From Ignavibacteriota bacterium (GTDB lineage: Bacteria; Bacteroidota; Ignavibacteria; Palsa-1295), in contig CAWBEI010000002.1 in NCBI GenBank assembly GCA_963787835.1, forward strand, positions 288,001 through 352,000: a stretch of 64,000 nt of DNA. The letters run 5' to 3'. This document shows, in pieces, positions 9,371 through 19,599 of this stretch. Position 1 is the first letter of the stretch, and each line of letters opens with the position of its first letter. The notes under the pieces are model-generated. The model had not been told where the DNA came from. It saw nothing but the letters and a program-made list of their open reading frames with translations, and searched no databases. Position numbers and translations under genes: made by a program.

Positions 9371-12300
9371 TTACTTAGAAAGCCCAACAACCACGGCGAA
9401 TTTGGTCGTAACCTCGCCAATTTCGGCACCGGAGATCGGGTCCTTCGCAACGACACGCGCAAAGAGTACCTGGCTGCCCACGCGCTGCTGGCCACTCGTC
9501 AAAAGATTCCACGTCTCGACGGAGGACTGATTACTGAGCTGACTGTAATTATAGACCGTCTGGGTAACCGTTGGATTTAAAGGGTTTGGAATTATGGTTG
9601 AATCCACGTAGCCAATATGCTCGATCGTATTGATAAGGGTACCATCGAGTGCGTAGATCTGAATGGTGCAGCGCGGTGGTAATCGCGTAAAGAATAGCTT
9701 GGCGTTGTCGGTGGAGGTCTGGCCCAAATGGGTCACGATATATGGGTTCGGAACGACCTGGACTTGAGCCAATATGGAATCCACATAGTTATTCGCATTA
9801 GCAAAATTTACGCCTGGGCCATTATCGGTCTTGATCGTAAATTTAGCACCAGGGAACGGGAGGTTCTTCATGACGCCTGTGAACGATAACGTCACTTTAT
9901 CCCCATTCATAAAATCGTTCATGTGGGGATTGATATGACCGGGAACTGAACCTGCGATCGAATCACCGGTCTCATTGATTGACTGATCGGAAATTTCCGG
10001 GGCATTAAAAATGATCTCTGCGCCACCGACGCTGAGTTTATGCACGACAAGATGATATGGAGACAATGCACCGTTATCCGTATTGCCGGGTAAGCCAATT
10101 GGATAATAGTACGGTCCAACGGTTGCACCGGTTGAGGATGGGCCTTGACCGTCGAATGCAGCGCCCGTGTGTGGTTGATCGAACGCGGCGGCATCGGTAT
10201 AATGAAATGCCGACATTTCATACCAACCGGGATTCGGAACCCACATTTCGTCGGGGTCATTAAAGAATAGCGTTCCGGTCGTCGGGTTTATACTTTGGTT
10301 GCTATAAAATTGTGCGGAGAGTTCCGTAGTCATATTATCCGTGCTGTCCGTGTGTGAAATAGACACTGGGCGCAAGACGGATTGCGGACATCCGGCGATC
10401 GAGACCGTGATAGGTAATACAGCGGGATGGATCGTGTCTCCACTTAGGAGACCTATCGCTACAGGCCCTGGATTGATCTCCTGTCCAAAATCTACCTCAT
10501 ACGACGTCTGACCTAACGATCCAAGGAACGAGGGCCGTGTGCTTTGAGCAGTATAGTTATACACTGCTGAGGCTGAGTAGGTCGTTGAAGTCGTATCGGG
10601 GGTAGGCGGGGTAGTCGTACTGTCAAAAGTTACGCTTACTTTTGTAACTTTATTCAGCGTATAGACCGTATCGTTGGATGTTCCCGGCTGTATTCGGGTG
10701 ATCGTTTGACCAAGCGTGATCGGAGAGCCAGGAAGCGTGATCGAACTTGTGGTCAAGAAAACCGGTGGGCGGGGCGCCGAGTCTCCCGGTAAATTGAAAA
10801 TATTTTGATTTGTATCGTTTGAGCTCCCATAGTTTGTACGCCGTGAAAGTCTCAGGATATTCTGATCGAGGCTGGGGTTGCTCGGTCCCGGCGTGACGAC
10901 GACGGAACTGAGCCGGTAAAGCCCACTTAATTGCTCGAGATTGACATCCGCCAGCACGGTAAACGCCTGATCGATCGTTTGGTTAGGAGCGAACGCAGAA
11001 TTATCCGTCGTGAACTGCGCCGCGAACACGGAGTCCGGCGCGATCGTACCATCAACATGATACACGATGGTTCCCGGCAGGCTGACCGGGAAAGAATAGG
11101 CGATCGTATTATTGGCAGGTACCTGAAGATTCTGGTAGGTATTTTGGATACCGTTCTTATTATCCGTCACATCAACATACATGATAAGAGGGCTCTGATT
11201 GACGGCTATGTACTCCGTCCATCGAGGCTGGAAGCTCACGTTGATCGTATCGTTCGTGAACAGCTTCGCGAAAATACCTGTATCGGCAATATCAAGCCGT
11301 ACATCCTGTACGCCGCCAAAACTGGAGCCGATCTTTCCGGTGCCTGCAAGGCAGTTCCCAGAGATACCCGTTGCCGTATCGGCAGTAAAGGGAGCAAGAA
11401 ATACAGGCTTGTTTGGTATTCCTGTGACAAAATTTTGCGGCGAAACAATCGCCGTGTACAGCGGGCCTATCTGATTAGTAGAGTCATACTCGTCATACGC
11501 GAGGAGATAGTAATAGTATGTTACATTATCATACAATCCTTCCGTGCCCGTGAGGATGCCGTCATGGTTGTCGTCACCGACATCGAGATAGGAATGCGGG
11601 ATCGGATTTGGCACATTGCTCGTGCGAGTATAATGGAAATGATTGAAATGTCCTTTTGAATCAAAGACCGAATCTGTTGTGAAATTATAAAGCTGCCACT
11701 GACCGATCATCACATCCGGGTTGACGCCATCCGGACGGATGGTGCTGTCATGGTCCGAACGGGTGGTTCTCCACAATTGGTATCCGAGGAAGTCAAGCGT
11801 GGCTTTCGTCCGGAATGACGAGTCATAGCTTAATAGGTCACTCACGGGATCGGTACTGTGCTCCGCAGCGCTATCCCAGGTTACGAGCACTGCCTGGTCC
11901 AGCGCGGTAGTCGTGACGGTTGGAAGAAATGGAGGTCTTGGCGAAAGAAAATGATTAACATAATAGCTTTGGGTTGAATCCGGAAGTTTTGTTGAATCAA
12001 CCTCACCAAACACCTGGTGGGCAAAATCCATCAGAAGCAGCAACGCACCGAAATTTTTCTTATAGTCGCTATTATCGACCTGTGCAATTCCGATGCCCAC
12101 CACGGTTTCCACCGATTTACCTGGAGGCAATGTGAACGGGCCGGTTGACATCAGGAGACGCTGATCCTGATAAACCCCATTGAAAAGATCTTTCTCTCCG
12201 GAGGAGACAAAATTGTATCGAAGATCTTCCGTTGATGGATCATTGAGAATGATCCAGTCGCGGAATGTGGCTAAACCAAGCTGATTTTTCTGAAAAAGAC

Positions 12301-13549
12301 TATTGGGTCCATAACCATTGAGATGAACGCTATCGCTGTTCGGAATAATGTTCCCAGCAGAATCAATAACCGGACTTTCGAGGAAGCTGAAGCCGATCCA
12401 ACCGAACTGCTGACCATTCGGGGGCTGGTTATAATTTCGCCATTGCACACCCATATTAAGTTTGGTTGCATCCGACCGGTACGGCTCACGCAATTCGGAA
12501 ACATCGGTCGGGTCGGCGTCTGTTTTGACCAAACTATCGGTGACATAGCTATTGCCATCGTTAGCAGCCCCACCAACGGCAGCGTCAAGATCGGGATCGA
12601 ATGCGGGAGCCATCCAGCAATTGAGCAAGGAGTCTCCGGAGGAGTTGGTCACCTTATGCCGCAGGAAGATCATGTCACGATAGCGCCCAAAGCTCCAGGA
12701 ATAGATCTCCTCTTGAATATCGATACCGAACGGATACCCCGTGCCGGGACGATACTCGGGATTATTGGATGGATCCTCATCGCTGTAAAAGTTGAGGATG
12801 TCTTCTTCGGATGTGATAGCAGGCACAGGATTTGGCTTACTGCCTGCAGCAATAAGCTTAGTCGGGTTGCGCATGGTAACATCCGAAATGTAGTCGCCAA
12901 AGTAAAAATTATGATTGAGGGTCTTCGCATTGGCAGTATCCCACAAAGGCCACGAATAGTACGGGCTGGGCACGACGCTTGAAGAGCCATTGATATAGTT
13001 TCCTGTACTTTTGTCGTATCGCGGGCCGACGTATGAAATGTATTTAGCAGCAGGAATCGCACCGTCCGTGCCGGTTGGAAGGCCTACCTGACTGGCCTCG
13101 CCTTCTAAATACCACCCAGCGCCAGAATTAGGATTATACCCAAGCTCGCAGAGCTTATGCCGTTTTCCCTGAATTTCTTTTTGAGTAGCGAACCAAAGTC
13201 CTTCTCCAAAAATGTAGCTGTCGCCAGAGCCACGAGGCCAAAAGCATCCTTCGTTCTCGCCCTGACCTGCATTAAAAAGTACGCCTCGATTTGTATAAAA
13301 AAATTCAAGATTGCTATAAACATTGATCTGACGCAAGAACGACTCCGTCTGCATGCTTGGCTGCTTGCTCTTCGATACCGGGCGAGCGCCTGCACCCCGT
13401 GTCATCATCATGGTCAAGGTAATGATGGCCATGAAACAGAACATTGAAAATGCTGATGTGCGGAAGCGGGAGATTCCCGTTAGGGGCGGCTTAGCCATGC
13501 GTTGACGGCCGTTTAACCCCGATGAAATTAATGCGATCATACTGTTCAT
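9371..13549 (-). CDS. Large secreted protein with a VVPNPY-type T9SS-like C-terminal domain
   Basis: 1392 aa; signal peptide; FN3-like segment (VTWD...GYQLWR...YYYYL); C-term VVPNPY...FTRLPPRCTIQIY...G...WNL...KFAVV. Confidence 0.75.
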   Translation of the reverse strand: MNSMIALISSGLNGRQRMAKPPLTGISRFRTSAFSMFCFMAIITLTMMMTRGAGARPVSKSKQPSMQTESFLRQINVYSNLEFFYTNRGVLFNAGQGENEGCFWPRGSGDSYIFGEGLWFATQKEIQGKRHKLCELGYNPNSGAGWYLEGEASQVGLPTGTDGAIPAAKYISYVGPRYDKSTGNYINGSSSVVPSPYYSWPLWDTANAKTLNHNFYFGDYISDVTMRNPTKLIAAGSKPNPVPAITSEEDILNFYSDEDPSNNPEYRPGTGYPFGIDIQEEIYSWSFGRYRDMIFLRHKVTNSSGDSLLNCWMAPAFDPDLDAAVGGAANDGNSYVTDSLVKTDADPTDVSELREPYRSDATKLNMGVQWRNYNQPPNGQQFGWIGFSFLESPVIDSAGNIIPNSDSVHLNGYGPNSLFQKNQLGLATFRDWIILNDPSTEDLRYNFVSSGEKDLFNGVYQDQRLLMSTGPFTLPPGKSVETVVGIGIAQVDNSDYKKNFGALLLLMDFAHQVFGEVDSTKLPDSTQSYYVNHFLSPRPPFLPTVTTTALDQAVLVTWDSAAEHSTDPVSDLLSYDSSFRTKATLDFLGYQLWRTTRSDHDSTIRPDGVNPDVMIGQWQLYNFTTDSVFDSKGHFNHFHYTRTSNVPNPIPHSYLDVGDDNHDGILTGTEGLYDNVTYYYYLLAYDEYDSTNQIGPLYTAIVSPQNFVTGIPNKPVFLAPFTADTATGISGNCLAGTGKIGSSFGGVQDVRLDIADTGIFAKLFTNDTINVSFQPRWTEYIAVNQSPLIMYVDVTDNKNGIQNTYQNLQVPANNTIAYSFPVSLPGTIVYHVDGTIAPDSVFAAQFTTDNSAFAPNQTIDQAFTVLADVNLEQLSGLYRLSSVVVTPGPSNPSLDQNILRLSRRTNYGSSNDTNQNIFNLPGDSAPRPPVFLTTSSITLPGSPITLGQTITRIQPGTSNDTVYTLNKVTKVSVTFDSTTTPPTPDTTSTTYSASAVYNYTAQSTRPSFLGSLGQTSYEVDFGQEINPGPVAIGLLSGDTIHPAVLPITVSIAGCPQSVLRPVSISHTDSTDNMTTELSAQFYSNQSINPTTGTLFFNDPDEMWVPNPGWYEMSAFHYTDAAAFDQPHTGAAFDGQGPSSTGATVGPYYYPIGLPGNTDNGALSPYHLVVHKLSVGGAEIIFNAPEISDQSINETGDSIAGSVPGHINPHMNDFMNGDKVTLSFTGVMKNLPFPGAKFTIKTDNGPGVNFANANNYVDSILAQVQVVPNPYIVTHLGQTSTDNAKLFFTRLPPRCTIQIYALDGTLINTIEHIGYVDSTIIPNPLNPTVTQTVYNYSQLSNQSSVETWNLLTSGQQRVGSQVLFARVVAKDPISGAEIGEVTTKFAVVVGLSK

Positions 13550-13587
13550 TCTACTAAAAAATTATTACCGAGAAGAGCGCCGAAGAA

Positions 13588-16500
13588 TTAGAAACGGAGC
13601 GTGAAGTTCAAATAGACGCGCCGAGGAATCTGATAATTCGTTTCGCGTGCGTAGTTATCGTTGATATATTGTGTATAGGCAACCTGCTGCTCTGCCGCGC
13701 TGACACGTCCATCGTGATTCAGATCAAGGCGTGGGTTGTAATACAGATTGCCGAGTGCATCGATCTGGCCACCGCGGCTGTTGGTCGGATCGTTATAATA
13801 ATCTTGCGTAGCACCAAGCAGGTTCGTCTGGCCATTGTTATTTCCCTGGCCAGTCGTTGCATAGACGTACAGTGGCGTTACGCGATTAAACACGTTTGTC
13901 ACCTCCAACTGAATATCGAGGAATAACTTACTCACCCCTGTGCCAAAAAGATCCGAGAGCGGGATCGTGCGAGTCAGCGAGGCATCGGTCTGGAAATAAT
14001 CTGGCTCGCGGTCGCCGTTGGTCGGCCCCACTTGAGCACCCTTTAGATTAAGCGCTGTGTAGGGCGTACCGGTTTCATACAGAGTGGTGGTTTGTAACGA
14101 GAACCATTGCAGCAATTTCTGTCCAAAGATTGTGGGACCTTCGTTTCGATTGTAACTAAGATCGAAAAGGAAATTTGCGACATTGGTCCGGTCATAGCTG
14201 AATGGGAACGGAGTTAGCGGAAGAACAGCTTGTGGCGAATTCGGATCCTGATTGATAAGCGCTGCATAATTCTCGGTAGCTGAGGAGGATGTGCCGCTCG
14301 CTGCCCCGTAGGTGTAATTCAGCTTCATCGAATAATTGTCTGACATCCTCTTTTCCGCGACAAGCTCGATCGAGCGGTCGCTGCCATATTGATCGCTGGA
14401 ATAGATCGTGTAACCAATCGGTAGGAGCGGACTGGAAATTTGTTCCAGACCGTCCTGATTGCGAAGGTCCTTAAAAACTCCCGTAATGCTAAATCCAAAA
14501 ATATCAGAAAGCTGCGTGTGGAATCCAACATCGACCTCCTTGGTCTGATCAGCCTGAAGGTTGGCATTACCAAGGATCTGGTTTCCACGCTGTAATACTT
14601 GCGTCAGTTCCGCGAGATTTCCGCCGGCGGTGTTTGTCAGTACATCGTTGAGGTTCGGCTGTTTAAAGTACCAATTGTATCCAAAGTTGAACGTCGTCTG
14701 GTCCGTAACAGCATACGTGATCGCCAATCGTGGAGAAACCTGTGACTGAAGCTTCGTAGGAGAGAGGGCGGAACCGAGGGGATTATAAAGATCCGCTATG
14801 GCGCTTGCATCCGGTTGGTACAAATCATACCGGATACCGGGTGCGAACGTAATATCGCTAAACTCCATTTTGTCGGTGAAGTACACTGCCCCAGTATAGG
14901 GATGGACAAGGAACGAGTCTTTGAATGGATTAGCATCCCAGGGAAGGTCGTTCTCGTATTTATAGACGGACATGATATTTCCTTCGAAGCCAGCATTCAG
15001 GAAGTGGGAACCTATCTGAACGGAATAATTACCGCTGAACTGGGCCTGACCGGTATTTTCTGTTACAAACCCCCCTGAATTTCCTGCAACCGCAAAAAGC
15101 CCCACGATACCATAGGCGTTTGCACTCGATTGTGTAATAACAGGCCCTTCGATATGTCCTGTAAACGGGTTCAGCCCGGGAACCTGCGAGGAATAGGGCT
15201 GCGTAGGGTTAGCGGGGTCAGGAATCTGTTTGCTGACAGGTGTATAAATATCAATGATACCATCCGGTCCGGGAGTAATAGTATTATCGATCGAATTGTA
15301 GGTATATTTGTCAGCCGTTGACAAAAATTGCGGCTCATGCAACGCATCGACGGGCTGCGATTGATCGTAAAGTCCAGATTGAATATCGTACTCCGAATAC
15401 GCACCCGTGAGTTCGAGCACACCATCACCGATCTGTCCTCGAGCAGTAAGAGAATAGACATCGTTCGTATATTCGGTAGCTGGAATATAATAAGAGGGTT
15501 CATACAATGTGCTCCACCCATTATCAAGATCGCTTTCTGTATTGAGCGCGGCGTTCGCCTGAACGGAAAATCCGAACGCATCGAAGGAGAGCTTTCCTGT
15601 CGCAGTACGTCGATATCGTTCGGTTAGAGGCATTTCCCCGAGATTATTTCCAAGGGGATCGATCACACCCAATCCATCGTCCTGGAACGAAGGGTTGTCG
15701 AACACATTATAGTGATCGAAAGAATTGAGTCTTGCAGTAAGATAGAACTTTACGGATTGATCGAAGAGAGGACCACCGAGAGCGAACTCATCAATTTGAT
15801 CGCCGGAAGGCATTAGCTTGATTCCGTTATCCGCGGAGCCAAACAACGAGGGAACCTCGGTTCGAAAGTGAGCATTGAATGAAAGATCTGTTCCTCCTGC
15901 TCGTGTTTGCGTATTAATTGCACCACCGGTGAAGCCACCCTTTGAGGCATCAGCAGAACCTGTAACGATATCCACCTCCGAGATCGCCAAGCGAGACAGG
16001 CCATATTGAAGGGAACTCGCTTGACCGGTGAGTGGATCGGTGATCTGAACCCCATTCAGCATGATCGAATTATCCGACCCTCTGCTGCCATGGAAGCTGA
16101 CGCCTCCATTGGAATTGTCCTGCACCGCGCCGGGTGTAAGCAAAATCACCTCGTCAACTCGTTGACGTCCCGGCATCTGGGTAAGTTCGGTCGTTTCGAA
16201 CTTGGTCGAGATATCGGTTTTGGTCTTTTCCACGATCGGCGCCTGCGCGGTGACGATAACGGTCTGTTCTTTGGTTCCAAGCTTGTACGTCAGCGATGTG
16301 GTAATGTCAGAGTTTACCTTGACATGGTAAAGCGTGTCTGGAAGATAACCCGCATACTTTGCGACCACGGTATAGTTCTCATCCGGAGGCACACCGATGA
16401 TCGTCGCCACACCATTGTCTTTCGAAAGGGCACCCATCCTGTTCTGAAGGATCTGCACCACCGCATGCGTCAGTGGTTCACCAGATTTTGCATCGAGAAT

Positions 16501-16764
16501 TTTGGCACTGATCTTTCCATACTGCGCGTGAGCGCCGATGGCGCCCACAGTCATCGCGGCAAGCACGAATAGGAAGCTCCGAACAAGGAACATACTGCTC
16601 CGAAGAAGCCGGAACGCAGGACTCTCACCAAACCAATTTCGTTTCATTTCTCTCATTCGAAAAACGCTCTTGCTCTGAAGCGAACCTACCGCGTTCGTTT
16701 GATTACGAACGGTTCGCTCTGGTGCAAGAACACATGAAGGGATTTTAAGTAGCGGAAAGCTCAA
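13588..16764 (-). CDS. TonB-dependent receptor with carboxypeptidase-regulatory-like N-domain
   Basis: GKISAKILDAKSGEPL, plug region FHGSRGSDNSIMLNG, QVSPRLAITY, C-term PRRVYLNFTLRF. Real start probably near 16647 or later. Confidence 0.9.
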   Translation of the reverse strand: MSFPLLKIPSCVLAPERTVRNQTNAVGSLQSKSVFRMREMKRNWFGESPAFRLLRSSMFLVRSFLFVLAAMTVGAIGAHAQYGKISAKILDAKSGEPLTHAVVQILQNRMGALSKDNGVATIIGVPPDENYTVVAKYAGYLPDTLYHVKVNSDITTSLTYKLGTKEQTVIVTAQAPIVEKTKTDISTKFETTELTQMPGRQRVDEVILLTPGAVQDNSNGGVSFHGSRGSDNSIMLNGVQITDPLTGQASSLQYGLSRLAISEVDIVTGSADASKGGFTGGAINTQTRAGGTDLSFNAHFRTEVPSLFGSADNGIKLMPSGDQIDEFALGGPLFDQSVKFYLTARLNSFDHYNVFDNPSFQDDGLGVIDPLGNNLGEMPLTERYRRTATGKLSFDAFGFSVQANAALNTESDLDNGWSTLYEPSYYIPATEYTNDVYSLTARGQIGDGVLELTGAYSEYDIQSGLYDQSQPVDALHEPQFLSTADKYTYNSIDNTITPGPDGIIDIYTPVSKQIPDPANPTQPYSSQVPGLNPFTGHIEGPVITQSSANAYGIVGLFAVAGNSGGFVTENTGQAQFSGNYSVQIGSHFLNAGFEGNIMSVYKYENDLPWDANPFKDSFLVHPYTGAVYFTDKMEFSDITFAPGIRYDLYQPDASAIADLYNPLGSALSPTKLQSQVSPRLAITYAVTDQTTFNFGYNWYFKQPNLNDVLTNTAGGNLAELTQVLQRGNQILGNANLQADQTKEVDVGFHTQLSDIFGFSITGVFKDLRNQDGLEQISSPLLPIGYTIYSSDQYGSDRSIELVAEKRMSDNYSMKLNYTYGAASGTSSSATENYAALINQDPNSPQAVLPLTPFPFSYDRTNVANFLFDLSYNRNEGPTIFGQKLLQWFSLQTTTLYETGTPYTALNLKGAQVGPTNGDREPDYFQTDASLTRTIPLSDLFGTGVSKLFLDIQLEVTNVFNRVTPLYVYATTGQGNNNGQTNLLGATQDYYNDPTNSRGGQIDALGNLYYNPRLDLNHDGRVSAAEQQVAYTQYINDNYARETNYQIPRRVYLNFTLRF

Positions 16765-16842
16765 AAATTAATATGCAGATGGGGATGGAACAGCGGGATC
16801 GATAGGGCTCTCGCTAGAGAGCAAGAGCCCGTCTATAAATAT

Positions 16843-18807
16843 TTACCGAAGCAGCGACATGCTACCGGAAATACTCACCCCGTCCGCCTGCAACGTGTAG
16901 CGATACACTCCATTGGGAAGATCCCCGGCATTCAACGTCGAAGAATGTTCCCCGGCGCCGAGCCGTCCATCGACAAGCGTTGCCACGGTGCGTCCAAGCA
17001 CGTCGGTCACGGTCAAGAGAACATTCGATTCATTCGGAAGCGTAAATTGGATCGTCGTAGCAGAAGCGAAGGGATTCGGATAGCTCGAAATAACTTGTAG
17101 GGACGCCTGCCCACCATTGTTCGATACGCCCAACGTGCCCGTCACCGTAGCAACAGCGTGTCCATACCCAATAACATCAAAACCAGGCTGGCCGACACTA
17201 TCCACTTCTCCAGCAGCCGTATCGATGGAAATCGCGGTGTGATACGTTGCCTCCGATGCGGTAAAAGGATTGAATGAAGATGTTTGTGGATACCGGAAAT
17301 CGAATTTCTGTGATGCGGTTGGATCATTGACCATAAATGGTTGTGGATCCGTCCACGTATTTCCACCATCGGTGGTCGCAGAATAGAAGATGCTGCCATA
17401 AGCGAACGTGACCGACCCAGTATCGTCTGTGAACACTTCCGTGTCCCCCTCAATGTGTGTTTGGAAAAACACCGCAAAATGAGTCGTATCACCAGTCGTG
17501 GCTACAGTCGGGTAGCAAATAGGAAGTTCTTGCAAATTAACCACATTGCTGCTAAGATCAAGAATGTTTGGAACTGCGCCAGTCCCCGTCCCAGCATTTA
17601 AAGCGGCATTCGCAACCATGATTGAATCACCCTCATTAGGGTCTGGGACATAATAAATAGATGTGCTATATGGGAAATAAAGCCCCCCACCGGCATCGTC
17701 GAAATCGCCGACATAAATGAAATGCGGTACATCGCCAACATACCAAAAATCGAGAGAACCCGATGGAGTCCATGAATACGTGTTGCCCGAGTTATCGTTT
17801 ACGGTCCGGCTGGTGAATGAAGCACCTTCTAGGATATAGGGTATGGTCGAAGACCAGTTGTTGCCACCGTCAGTCGATTCAGAAAAGTAGATCGACCCAT
17901 CCGAGGATTGGGTATTTTCCCACATCACGCCGATATGACCGGATTTAGAAACTTCGATGCGGTATGCGCCACCGGATGTAATGCCAGCAGCACCATTGTT
18001 TGCATCGGTGCTTCCGGGTTCAGCAGTCCAACCCTGAAACACTGCGGTGTCGGCGCTCAAATTCCAGACACCGAACTGAAGCTGATCTTCAGCACCACCA
18101 GAGGTTGCAGGAGAAACCGATGCGATCATATACACAGACTTGCCATCCGGACTGACAGCAATGCAAGGCCAGATGATCAGGGAGATGCTGCCTTCCATTG
18201 TAGTGCCGCTTCCTTCACACTGAGCAAAATTTCCGTCGCCTGGGTTTCCTTTTTCGACCCATAATGCAGATTCCGTTTGAGAGCCGGAGCTGTTAAGATA
18301 GTGGTGCGCAGCGATGACCGGAATCCACACCCCTGGGCTGCGCTGAACTAACTGCATGTCAGCATAGCCACTACGATACTGGCTTAAAATGACAGGTGCT
18401 TTCCAGTGCTTGCCGGCATCGCTGCTGAACGTATAAAAACAATGGCGAGTGAGCGAACCGACATCTTTCCCAGAATTGTCGGTTAATCCGGTTATCACCG
18501 CATGAATATTATTCGGATTGGAAGGATCGACTTGAATATTGTGCAACGCCCGTGAGTTGCTTTGCTGCGGCCAGGTACCATTGACCGGTATTGAATCAAC
18601 ACCTGATGGCAGCTTGACCGATTGCGGTAATGGCACAAAAAGATGAGAGCCACTTGGCGCGACGTTGCCTAATCCTCCAGATTCATTTGGAAACGTATGC
18701 TGTGCGGTCTTCCTTATAGCCGTTTGATTTAAAATGGTCTGGCCCTGACAGAGTGACGGAAGTGGAACAAGAAGAATTAATAAAATGAGGCGTATCAAAG
18801 TCTTCAT
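16843..18807 (-). CDS. T9SS type A cargo with Asp-box (sialidase-like) propeller
   Basis: SSDAGKHW, STDGGNNW, TTDGGNTW; CTD SYPNPF...DVLGR...LPNGVY. Confidence 0.85.
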   Translation of the reverse strand: MKTLIRLILLILLVPLPSLCQGQTILNQTAIRKTAQHTFPNESGGLGNVAPSGSHLFVPLPQSVKLPSGVDSIPVNGTWPQQSNSRALHNIQVDPSNPNNIHAVITGLTDNSGKDVGSLTRHCFYTFSSDAGKHWKAPVILSQYRSGYADMQLVQRSPGVWIPVIAAHHYLNSSGSQTESALWVEKGNPGDGNFAQCEGSGTTMEGSISLIIWPCIAVSPDGKSVYMIASVSPATSGGAEDQLQFGVWNLSADTAVFQGWTAEPGSTDANNGAAGITSGGAYRIEVSKSGHIGVMWENTQSSDGSIYFSESTDGGNNWSSTIPYILEGASFTSRTVNDNSGNTYSWTPSGSLDFWYVGDVPHFIYVGDFDDAGGGLYFPYSTSIYYVPDPNEGDSIMVANAALNAGTGTGAVPNILDLSSNVVNLQELPICYPTVATTGDTTHFAVFFQTHIEGDTEVFTDDTGSVTFAYGSIFYSATTDGGNTWTDPQPFMVNDPTASQKFDFRYPQTSSFNPFTASEATYHTAISIDTAAGEVDSVGQPGFDVIGYGHAVATVTGTLGVSNNGGQASLQVISSYPNPFASATTIQFTLPNESNVLLTVTDVLGRTVATLVDGRLGAGEHSSTLNAGDLPNGVYRYTLQADGVSISGSMSLLR

Positions 18808-18940
18808 AGAAGGTTTTTTCAGATTGGATAATGCTATTTTTGATTATACGTGGCCACGCGACCGTTTCGCTGCCACAACGTATAGCATGCAAAAATAACT
18901 CTTTTTTTCGAGCCGTGCGTGAAATTCATAATTTGAGCCT

Positions 18941-19561
18941 TCAAGCATGTTCAGAATGCAGGAACACACGAGCCGCCTCAGAGTTGCTCCCGGCCGCACT
19001 TTTCGCGATATAATTTCGCAATAAAGAAATTCCTTTTCCCGTCGAACTTGATGTGCTAAAAATTTCCACAACGGAGGAAGTCTCTTTAATCGAACGAATA
19101 TGCCGGGCCAGATCCTGCTGTTTTGCCTTATCGCATTTCGTTAGCACGATAAAGAACGGAAGCTGATTGTCACGAAACCAGCGAAGTACCACCTCGTCGC
19201 TCTCAAGTTGCGGATGGCGAGCGTCAATAAGAAGCCCGATCTCAGCAAGCTCCTTGCGTTCAAGAAAATACCGCTCCGTGAGCAACGCCCACTGCACCCG
19301 TTCCGATTTTGCAAGCTTGGCATATCCAAACCCTGGCATATCGACGAGAAAGAACTCCTTATTGATAAGGTAGTAATTCAGTGTGCGGGTTTTCCCAGGA
19401 GTGGAGCTTGTTTTTGCAAGCTGTTTCCTATCCGCAAGCGCGTTTATTAACGACGATTTGCCAACGTTCGACCTGCCTATCAATGCAACCTCCGGCTTGC
19501 CACCGATGGGCAGAGATTCGAAAGCGGAATAACTGGAAACAAACGCGGCTTCGAACTTCAT
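18941..19561 (-). CDS. engB: Ribosome biogenesis GTPase YihA/YsxC
   Basis: GRSNVGKSSLIN, SSTPGKT, DMPGFGY, TKCDK. Confidence 0.95.
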   Translation of the reverse strand: MKFEAAFVSSYSAFESLPIGGKPEVALIGRSNVGKSSLINALADRKQLAKTSSTPGKTRTLNYYLINKEFFLVDMPGFGYAKLAKSERVQWALLTERYFLERKELAEIGLLIDARHPQLESDEVVLRWFRDNQLPFFIVLTKCDKAKQQDLARHIRSIKETSSVVEIFSTSSSTGKGISLLRNYIAKSAAGSNSEAARVFLHSEHA

Positions 19562-19599
19562 AATGAAAGGCGGAACAATGAGGGGCTCTTCGAACGCCG

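Noticed and set aside
8475-16572. Long antisense ORFs (8475-9296, 10931-11659, 12323-12982, 16006-16572)
   Set aside because: Shadow frames of well-supported minus-strand genes with no recognisable motifs.
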